Shown in pieces: positions 56,686 to 64,000 of a DNA stretch of 64,000 nt. The DNA is taken from NCBI GenBank assembly GCA_903859375.1, contig CAIOMK010000030.1:5238-69237 (forward strand), given 5' to 3'. The notes under the pieces were generated by a model. The model was not told the DNA's origin and searched no databases. It saw only the letters and a list, made by a program, of their open reading frames with translations. The translations under genes and the position numbers were made by a program. Origin of the DNA: Candidatus Moraniibacteriota bacterium. GTDB taxonomy: Bacteria > Patescibacteriota > Minisyncoccia > Moranbacterales > UBA1568. Positions within the stretch are counted from its first letter, which is position 1. Every line of letters starts with the position of its first letter.

Positions 56686-58601
56686 GATGCGACTGAGGCG
56701 TTATGCGAATCATCGTCGAAAAAAACGAGGAACCACTGCTCCAACATGATGAGCGTCCAGAGTTGCTGCGCGTGACTGACGCCCGTCTTACAGTGCTCGT
56801 CGAGCAACCGTTTCACTTCTTCCCTACGGAAGATATTCCGACTCATGGCGACGTCCGACAGCAGCAGATCATAGGCATACGTCTTGAGTTCCCCACGCAA
56901 CCACACATCGACCGGCACACCGAATCCCATCTTCTTCCGATACAGGATATTTTTCGGAATGATCTCTTCCAGTGCTTTCTTGAGTATGTGTTTTTTGTCG
57001 TTCGAGCCATTGATTTTGAGATCGTTCGGTATCTTCGCCGTCAATTCGAGGAATTCATGATCCAAGAACGGACTGCGCGATTCCAACGAGACGGCCATCG
57101 TGTCTATATCCGTCTTCGCCATCAGATCATCCGGCAAGTACGTCATGAAATCGGCATAGAGCATCTGGTCGAGCGGATCCTCGGAACCGGACTGGGTGAA
57201 ATGTCTCGAAACGTTGAGGTATGAATCCTTGTGTGCCATTTTCTCCAGGAAACCGTCTGTATACATCCGTTCTTTGGCGTCATTCGAAAAGATGCAGATA
57301 TAATTCACGTACCGATACGCGTACGGTTCGGCCATCGTTTTTGCGAAGCGGTAGGCGCGGTCAAAAAACGTGTTCCGTATAATACCGGAAACAATCCATA
57401 ATATCGGCTTCACCACGAAGCGGTTCAGTATCCGCAGGCTCTCATACCGGAGGGAGAATTTCATGATGGCATGACGCTGGTACCCCGCGAAGTTCTCGTC
57501 CCCACCGTCCCCGTTGAGCGCGACGGTCACGAAATCACGCGTCATCTTGCTCACATAATACGTCGGCAAAGCGCTCTTGTCCGCATACGGTTCCTCGAAA
57601 TGATGCGCAAGGAGCGGCACCATCCCTATGGCATCGGATTTGACGATGAATTCCTTGTGATCCGTACCGAACAGTTCCGAGATCTGCTTGGCGTAAGCGA
57701 GCTCGTTGTATTTTTCTTCCTCGAACCCGATGGTGTAAGTCTTGACCGGAGTGTCACTGAGTTTCGTCATCAGCGCGACGACCGCACTCGAATCGATACC
57801 GCCGGAAAGGAACGCACCCACCGGCACATCTGAAATCATACGGAGGCGGACAGATTCCTCCAATTTTTCCAGGATGCGTTTCTTCCACTCGTCCTCCGAC
57901 AAGTCGAGTTTTTCGGAATAATCCAGTTTCCAATACCGTTCATTCTCGACCTTTTTCGTTTTCAGGTCGATGAACAGAAAATGTGCCGGTTCGAGCTTCC
58001 TGATATCTTTGAAACCGGTCAAAGGGGCCGGACAGTACTGGAGCGTCAGATAATGATGTATCGCCTCGTAGTCGGGAGCCTTCTCGTACTCCGGCTGTGT
58101 CAGGATCGACTTCAGCTCGGACGCGAACATGAACACGTCGTCGTCGATATAATACTTGAACGGTTTCTTGCCGACCCGGTCCCGTGCGCAGAAAATGGTC
58201 CGGTCGTGCTCGTCGTAGATCGCGAACGCAAACATGCCACGGAGATGTCGCAGGCATTTTTTCCCGTATTTGTAGTACAGCGCCAAGATGACTTCCGTAT
58301 CGGATTTCGAAGCGAACGAATACCCCTCTTTCTCGAGCATCTCACGCTTCTCCCGAAAATTGTAGATTTCGCCGTTGAAGACGATCTTGTACCGACTAAG
58401 ATACCCCATCGGCTGGTGTCCGAGAGGCGAAAGGTCGATAATCGAGAGTCTCCTATGCCCGAGTCCGACTTTCCGGTCGGGTGAGACATAGACACCGGTG
58501 TCATCAGGTCCCCGATGCGTGATGGCATCGTTCATCTTTTTGACGTCTTTCGCGGTGACTTCGCCGTCTTTGAGAAATATCTTACCGGTGATTCCACACA
58601 T
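56682..58601 (-). CDS. asnB: Asparagine synthase (glutamine-hydrolysing) family amidotransferase
   Basis: MCGI, HRGPD, RLSIIDL, FNGEIYN, LSGGIDSS, GDGGDE. Confidence 0.95.
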   Translation of the reverse strand: MCGITGKIFLKDGEVTAKDVKKMNDAITHRGPDDTGVYVSPDRKVGLGHRRLSIIDLSPLGHQPMGYLSRYKIVFNGEIYNFREKREMLEKEGYSFASKSDTEVILALYYKYGKKCLRHLRGMFAFAIYDEHDRTIFCARDRVGKKPFKYYIDDDVFMFASELKSILTQPEYEKAPDYEAIHHYLTLQYCPAPLTGFKDIRKLEPAHFLFIDLKTKKVENERYWKLDYSEKLDLSEDEWKKRILEKLEESVRLRMISDVPVGAFLSGGIDSSAVVALMTKLSDTPVKTYTIGFEEEKYNELAYAKQISELFGTDHKEFIVKSDAIGMVPLLAHHFEEPYADKSALPTYYVSKMTRDFVTVALNGDGGDENFAGYQRHAIMKFSLRYESLRILNRFVVKPILWIVSGIIRNTFFDRAYRFAKTMAEPYAYRYVNYICIFSNDAKERMYTDGFLEKMAHKDSYLNVSRHFTQSGSEDPLDQMLYADFMTYLPDDLMAKTDIDTMAVSLESRSPFLDHEFLELTAKIPNDLKINGSNDKKHILKKALEEIIPKNILYRKKMGFGVPVDVWLRGELKTYAYDLLLSDVAMSRNIFRREEVKRLLDEHCKTGVSHAQQLWTLIMLEQWFLVFFDDDSHNASVAS

Positions 58602-58671
58602 ACGATGTTATCAATGATATATAACCAGACCGAGACGGCCACACGGCCTGCCGTACACCCGCATGATGCTC

Positions 58672-59616
58672 TTATTCGACGTTCCTTCTGCGTACGACAT
58701 ACATCGGACGACCTATGACCTCCTTATGGATATTCGCGACATAGATTGCCAACAACCCGATGGACATGAGCAGTATACCGACCAGAAACAGCAACAGTAT
58801 CGCGAGATTCTCGGAATCGGAAAAGGTCGACGCGAACTCCGAACGAAAAAAGTATTTTCCCAGGAAGATATACAGCCCGGAAGCACCCGCGAAGAGCGTT
58901 ATGAATATGCCGAGAAAACCAGCGAGTTTGAGAGGCATCAGGCTCAGAGATATGAAACTGTCGATTGCGAGCCGGAACAGCCGGATGAAACTGTAGCTGG
59001 CCGTGCCGAACAGACGTTCGTTGGCGTCAAAATGGATGAAATCCCGTCGGAACCCGAGCCAATCGATGAGCGCCCTCGTCATACGGCTCTTTTCCGTGAA
59101 CCGGTTGAACTCGTTCACGACGGCCTTGTCGATGAGTCTGAAGTCGGTCGCATTCGGGACGACGTGCACCTCGGCGATCCTGTTGATGATATGATAGAAC
59201 AGCTTCGATCCCATCTTCTTGATCAGTCCCTCACTACGGTTCTTGTTGCGAACCCCGATGACGACGTCGAACCCGCTCTCCCACCGTCGTATGAATTCCG
59301 GTATGAGTCCGACCGGATGCTGGAGGTCTGCATCAATCATGATACAGGCGTCGGCCGTCGATGCGTTGATACCCGCGGTGGTCGCGACCTCTTTCCCGAA
59401 ATTCCTCGAAAAATCGATATACCGGACCGCCGTGTCGACGGTGGCCAGCTTCATTATTTCGCCGATCGTGTCGTCGGTACTCCCATCGTTCACGAACAGG
59501 ATCTGAAACGAATACGTGCCCGAAAACGGCGCGGACACTTCTTTGAGCGCGTCATACACCGGTCGGATGTTCTTCTCCTCGTTACAGGCGGGAATGATGA
59601 TGAGGATCGATTTCAT
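58672..59616 (-). CDS. GT2 polyprenyl-phosphate glycosyltransferase (GtrB-like)
   Basis: FSRNFGKE, DADLQHP, DFRL, two TMs, RPMY. Confidence 0.95.
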   Translation of the reverse strand: MKSILIIIPACNEEKNIRPVYDALKEVSAPFSGTYSFQILFVNDGSTDDTIGEIMKLATVDTAVRYIDFSRNFGKEVATTAGINASTADACIMIDADLQHPVGLIPEFIRRWESGFDVVIGVRNKNRSEGLIKKMGSKLFYHIINRIAEVHVVPNATDFRLIDKAVVNEFNRFTEKSRMTRALIDWLGFRRDFIHFDANERLFGTASYSFIRLFRLAIDSFISLSLMPLKLAGFLGIFITLFAGASGLYIFLGKYFFRSEFASTFSDSENLAILLLFLVGILLMSIGLLAIYVANIHKEVIGRPMYVVRRRNVE

Positions 59617-59721
59617 TGGGTTTCACGGTCATATTTCAAGCCGATCCGACATGACATTCACATGCAGAGTATACCATGAAACGGCACGCCGAGAGCATAC
59701 CGAAGCGAAGTCGCCCGTTCC

Positions 59722-60678
59722 TTATGGGCCGTCCATCCCGTAGGTCTTTTTCTCACGGAAGAAGAACGGCGCACCGACGAGACTGACGAGAATCTGTATG
59801 AAACGGACGAGCAACGCGACGGCGAGCGCCGACTCCGGCCGGATGCCAATGAGCGGAAAGAACGTATAGTATGCCCATTCCTTGAATCCGATGTTGTTGA
59901 TCGATACCGGCAGACTCGAGACGAGACTGATCAAGAATACCGTCGCGAGATACGGGAAGATCGGCACATGCTCACCGAGCGCATAAAAGAGCACGAGATT
60001 GAACAGACCGACCCCGACGATCGCGAATGCCGTCGCAAGCGCGAAGTTTTCACGCAGAAAAGTCCATTTCGCGTACCGGTCTATCTCCTTGAAAAATTTC
60101 CTCAACCGGCCGGGCAACCGATCGAACAGGCTTTGGCAACGCGGATGAGCATATCCGTATGTGAGCGCCACATTCACGAGCATGAACAAGAACAATCCGA
60201 TACCGAACCACGCAAAGAGCGGTTTCGCGAAAATATGATCGTAACCGAGAAAGCCGAACACGAAAAAAAGGATGATGGTCGTCCACAATCCGATGAAACG
60301 CGTGAACATGACCGTCGAGATTGCCGCAGGATAGCGTTTCTCCGACTTCCCGAGGATATAGCTCTGATACGCGTCACCGCCGAAAAATGACGGGAGAAAA
60401 TTGTTCAGGAAGAGTCCGGCGAAATAGTATTCCGTCGCATTTCGGAATGTCATGGAGAACTTCTTGAACTGCGCCGCACGCCACCACCGCTCGATACACA
60501 TGAACAAACCGATGACATACAGCAGGAGTGCGAGCAACAACAGTGGCAACGAGGCCTGCGCGACCTCGGACCATATCGGCGCCCAATCGACATTCCGGAC
60601 GAGAAGAGAAATCAATGTGACCGCCATGACGGTCTTGAACACGAAAAATAATTTTTTACTTAGGTTTGTTTTCTCCAC
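59722..60678 (-). CDS. Lysylphosphatidylglycerol-synthase-TM family flippase-like protein (second paralog)
   Basis: ERW, FLNNFLPSFFGGD, PVSINNIGFKE. Confidence 0.9.
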   Translation of the reverse strand: MEKTNLSKKLFFVFKTVMAVTLISLLVRNVDWAPIWSEVAQASLPLLLLALLLYVIGLFMCIERWWRAAQFKKFSMTFRNATEYYFAGLFLNNFLPSFFGGDAYQSYILGKSEKRYPAAISTVMFTRFIGLWTTIILFFVFGFLGYDHIFAKPLFAWFGIGLFLFMLVNVALTYGYAHPRCQSLFDRLPGRLRKFFKEIDRYAKWTFLRENFALATAFAIVGVGLFNLVLFYALGEHVPIFPYLATVFLISLVSSLPVSINNIGFKEWAYYTFFPLIGIRPESALAVALLVRFIQILVSLVGAPFFFREKKTYGMDGP

Positions 60679-60699
60679 GATGTTCCGATTAGGACTCCC

Positions 60700-61842
60700 T
60701 TACGATATGCTCCGACGATATTCTTCCACGTATTTCTCCGCCACGGCGCGCCAGCTCATGGCCTCCGCGCGGACACGGCTCGCGTCACCCATACGGATCC
60801 GTAGTCCGGGGTCGGCGACGAGCGTACCGAGTTTCTCCGCGAGATCTTCGGCCGATCCTGTGTCCACGAAAAACCCGTTCTCCCCGTCTTTCACCAACTC
60901 CTGAGTCCCACCGGTGACCGTCGCCACGATAGGAAGTCCAGATGATATCGCTTCGAGCACGGTGTTGCTCATGCCTTCGTTGAGCGACGGGAGACAGAAG
61001 ATGTCCGCCCCACGATAGACGTCCGGCAAATCCCCATGTGTGATTAGACCGGCGAACTCCACGCGGGAGGTCACGTCGACCTCCTTCGCAAGCGCTTCCA
61101 GGTTCGGCCGTTCGCCACCTCCGCCGACGATGACCAATCGTGCCGTTTTCGGCAGAAGTGCCATGGCACGTATCATAAATCTGATACCTTTTCGCGGAGT
61201 GAGGCGGGATACGATCAATATGCGGACACTGTCGGCCACGGATTTCCGGCTACCCGGTGAAAATTCTTCCGTATCGACCCCGTTCGGTATGACTGGGATA
61301 TCCCGTTTCGAATCCGTCTTGTATGCGAGGTCACGCAGTCCCGTACTATTGGACACGACCCGTCGTGCCCGACGCCAGATGAGTCGGACGACCGGTCGGA
61401 GTACGGCATACAACGCGGTGAAGCGCTCGCTATATCCGGGCACATCCGCCCCACGGAGCGAGACGATATATGGCAGACCGTATTCGATCCGAAGCGCGAG
61501 TGCGAGGAATCCACACGGCACCGTGAAAAAGGCGTGTACAAGGTCGAAATTCCCTTCCGTCCGAATCAGTTTCCGTGAGAAAAAATATGCTTTCCACGAA
61601 TATGTGAGCAGGTTGTTGCGCGATTGATAGTGGAGATTCTTCGGATCCTTTCCGATAGGCAGACGATGGATGACGATGCTGTCTCCTATCGTCTCGCGGG
61701 AGTAGTCCCCGCCCACAGCCGATGTGACCAGATGGACTTCGAGGTCCGCCACCTTCGCGTACTCACGGAGAAGATACGCCGTGGCGTTTCCTGCCCCGCC
61801 GCCAAGCGGTGGATATTCATAATTTAAAAAGAGGATTTTCAT
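60700..61842 (-). CDS. GT4 glycosyltransferase
   Basis: EYPPLGGG, IPNGVD, PRKG, EGMSNTVLEA. Confidence 0.95.
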   Translation of the reverse strand: MKILFLNYEYPPLGGGAGNATAYLLREYAKVADLEVHLVTSAVGGDYSRETIGDSIVIHRLPIGKDPKNLHYQSRNNLLTYSWKAYFFSRKLIRTEGNFDLVHAFFTVPCGFLALALRIEYGLPYIVSLRGADVPGYSERFTALYAVLRPVVRLIWRRARRVVSNSTGLRDLAYKTDSKRDIPVIPNGVDTEEFSPGSRKSVADSVRILIVSRLTPRKGIRFMIRAMALLPKTARLVIVGGGGERPNLEALAKEVDVTSRVEFAGLITHGDLPDVYRGADIFCLPSLNEGMSNTVLEAISSGLPIVATVTGGTQELVKDGENGFFVDTGSAEDLAEKLGTLVADPGLRIRMGDASRVRAEAMSWRAVAEKYVEEYRRSIS

Positions 61843-61843
61843 A

Positions 61844-63169
61844 TTATCTCCCTATCGAACGGTATTCGAAACCGAGTTCTTTCATTTTCTTCGGCTCATA
61901 CAACAGCCGACCATCGAAGACGAGCGGTTCGTTCAATGCCGTCCTGATACGATCGAAATCCGGTGTGCGGAATTCCTTCCATTCAGTGACGACGATCATG
62001 GCATCCGCGCCGGCAAGCGCCTCATATTTGTCTTCAAAATACGTGATGGACAGATTGTCACCGAAATATTCCGGTGTCCGTGCCATTTTCATGGCTTCCG
62101 GATCATGTGCACGGATAACCGCTCCCCGTTCGATCAGCATATTCACGAGCGTGATCGCGGGCGATTCGCGCATATCATCCGTACCGGCCTTGAAAGCCAA
62201 GCCCCATACACCGAATATCTTGCCGGTCAGGTCATCGCCCATTTCGTCCGTCACCATCGTGGCCAAGACGAGTTTCTGCTTTTCGTTGGTATCGAGTGTC
62301 TGCCTGAGCATCAGGGCATCGTATCCGAAATCGCCGGCCGTCTTCACGAGTGCCTTCACGTCCTTCGGGAAACATGACCCGCCAAATCCGGCACTCGCAT
62401 ACAGGAACGCATCACCGATACGAGGATCCGCACCCATGGCCTTGCGGACATTCTCATAGTCCGCACCCGTCTTCGAACAAATGTTTGCCAATTCGTTCGA
62501 TGCCGAAATCTTGACTGCGAGGAAACAGTTCGAGGCATATTTCACGATCTCGGCTGTCTTCGCGTCCATCGCAAAGAACCGACCTTCCCGACGCATGAAC
62601 GGTTCGTACAGTTCCTTCATCGTCTCGATTGCCTTCTGATCGTCGGAGCCGACGACGATACGGCTCGGTTCCAGGAAATCCTTCACTGCCGTTCCCTGTG
62701 CCAAAAACTCCGGATTGCTCACCACCTGAAATGGGATCTCGACACCGCGCGCTTTCAGTTGCTCGGCGATCGTGTTCGAGACCAATTCGGCGGTCCCGAC
62801 CGGCACTGTCGATTTGTCCACGACGATGATCTCGTGATCCATGCATCGCCCGAGGTCGGCAGCCACGCCCAACACATGGCTCAGATCGGCGCTTCCATCC
62901 TCATTCGGCGGAGTACCGACGGCGATGAATATGATATCGCTTGTACTGAGTGCAGCCTCGAAATCGGTCGTGAACGACAGTGTCTTGTTCTTCAGATTCC
63001 GCAAGACGAGCTCATCCAACCCCTTCTCATGAAGCGGGGCTTTTCCTGATTCGAATTTGGCGATCTTGGCCTGGTCCTTGTCGACGCATATGACCGTATT
63101 GCCCATTTCCGCGAAGCACGCGCCGGTCACCGAACCGACATATCCCGTCCCGATTACAGCAATATTCAT
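61844..63169 (-). CDS. ugd: UDP-glucose 6-dehydrogenase
   Basis: GTGYVG, KSTVPVGT, SNPEFL, GFGGSCFPKD, AFKAGTDDMRESP. Confidence 0.95.
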   Translation of the reverse strand: MNIAVIGTGYVGSVTGACFAEMGNTVICVDKDQAKIAKFESGKAPLHEKGLDELVLRNLKNKTLSFTTDFEAALSTSDIIFIAVGTPPNEDGSADLSHVLGVAADLGRCMDHEIIVVDKSTVPVGTAELVSNTIAEQLKARGVEIPFQVVSNPEFLAQGTAVKDFLEPSRIVVGSDDQKAIETMKELYEPFMRREGRFFAMDAKTAEIVKYASNCFLAVKISASNELANICSKTGADYENVRKAMGADPRIGDAFLYASAGFGGSCFPKDVKALVKTAGDFGYDALMLRQTLDTNEKQKLVLATMVTDEMGDDLTGKIFGVWGLAFKAGTDDMRESPAITLVNMLIERGAVIRAHDPEAMKMARTPEYFGDNLSITYFEDKYEALAGADAMIVVTEWKEFRTPDFDRIRTALNEPLVFDGRLLYEPKKMKELGFEYRSIGR

Positions 63170-63182
63170 ATGTCAGTATGTC

Positions 63183-64000
63183 CTATGAAGTGATAACCTC
63201 CCTGATGTTGTAATTCATTTTCCCCTGAACCTTGTAGTAGTTCTTCAGCATGATATCGGCCAAGAGTCCGAACACGAACAACTGGATACCGACGAGCACG
63301 AAGAACACACCGACCAACGGCCAATTTCTGGTAGCGATCGCCTGGCCCTGATATTTCTCTATCGCCATCCATACCAGGACAAGGAAACCCGTTGCCGCAA
63401 AGACGATACCCGTACCGCCGAACAGATGCAACGGCCGGTTGGAATATTTGCGCCAGAACCAGATCGAGATCATGTCCACGAATCCCTTCATCCCCCGCTT
63501 CCAATTGTATTTCGTCACGCCCGACACCCGCGGATGATGACTCACTTTGACTTCGCCGACGCTGTACCCCTGCATTTCCAATATCGCCGGAATAAAACGG
63601 TGCATCTCGCCGAACAGATCCAGATCCTCGAAACAAATCCGCTTATATGCCTTCAGCGAACAACCGCTGTCATGGATCTTGTCCTGTATCAGGACCTTGC
63701 GCAAAAGATTGGCCGTGCGCGAAAAAATCTTTTTTCCGAGACTGTCCTTTCGCTTGAAGCGCCAACCGGTGACCACATCGAAGCCTTCATCCATTTTTTC
63801 CAACAAAAGTCCGATATCTGCCGGATCGTTCTGGAGATCGCCGTCCATCATGACGATTACTTCGCCTTTCGATTGCTTGATTCCGGCATCGAAGGAGGCC
63901 GTCTGACCGAAATTTTTCCGAAACCGTATCAGCGTAAGCGGGGAAAGACCGACACAATTTCCTACTGTGGCATCCGTAGAACCGTCATCCACGAAAATGA
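63183..64000 (-). CDS. GT2 polyprenyl-phosphate glycosyltransferase (ArnC-like), 5' end beyond the window
   Basis: DDGSTD, RKNFGQT, DGDLQNDP, DSGCSLK, HRFIP; frame open to the window edge. Confidence 0.92.
   Translation of the reverse strand, partial: IFVDDGSTDATVGNCVGLSPLTLIRFRKNFGQTASFDAGIKQSKGEVIVMMDGDLQNDPADIGLLLEKMDEGFDVVTGWRFKRKDSLGKKIFSRTANLLRKVLIQDKIHDSGCSLKAYKRICFEDLDLFGEMHRFIPAILEMQGYSVGEVKVSHHPRVSGVTKYNWKRGMKGFVDMISIWFWRKYSNRPLHLFGGTGIVFAATGFLVLVWMAIEKYQGQAIATRNWPLVGVFFVLVGIQLFVFGLLADIMLKNYYKVQGKMNYNIREVITS

Noticed and set aside
58663-59679. 338-aa plus-strand ORF
   Set aside because: Antisense shadow of a well-supported GtrB-like gene; no recognisable motifs.
1-64000. Alternative genetic code (TGA read as Gly), RNA genes, transposases or prophage
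   Set aside because: Conserved genes end properly at TGA (def, gltX) and are uninterrupted under code 11; no tRNA, rRNA, integrase, transposase or virion genes were recognised by eye.

Overview
Gene-dense bacterial window. The gene set (helicase-degenerate PriA, groES not followed by groEL, long runs of membrane glycosyltransferases, few Shine-Dalgarno sites) suggests a CPR/Patescibacteria genome; this is inference. Bases 1-16.5 kb hold housekeeping and unknown genes: a PD-(D/E)XK nuclease, a C39 peptidase, gltX, a WecB/TagA GT, a 2H protein, CapA, priA-def-fmt, pgeF, groES and an S41 protease. An AT-rich repeat array lies at about 1.85-2.25 kb. Bases 16.5-64 kb are a surface-glycosylation region of at least 47 kb: five GT4s, four GT2s (three polyprenyl-phosphate sugar synthase-like), two nucleotide-sugar dehydrogenases, AsnB, two O-antigen-ligase-like proteins, one Wzx and two LPG-synthase-type flippases, a GH28, and about 11 GT-C-type proteins, including seven ArnT/PMT-like paralogs and a protein carrying the motifs of eukaryotic ALG10. 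Embedded in it is a divergent RtcB-like ligase coupled to a nucleotidyltransferase, near a dTMP-kinase-like gene and the flippase; this is the best candidate for an undescribed system. No rRNA, tRNA, CRISPR array or transposase was recognised. All calls come from reading motifs by eye; no database searches were run.
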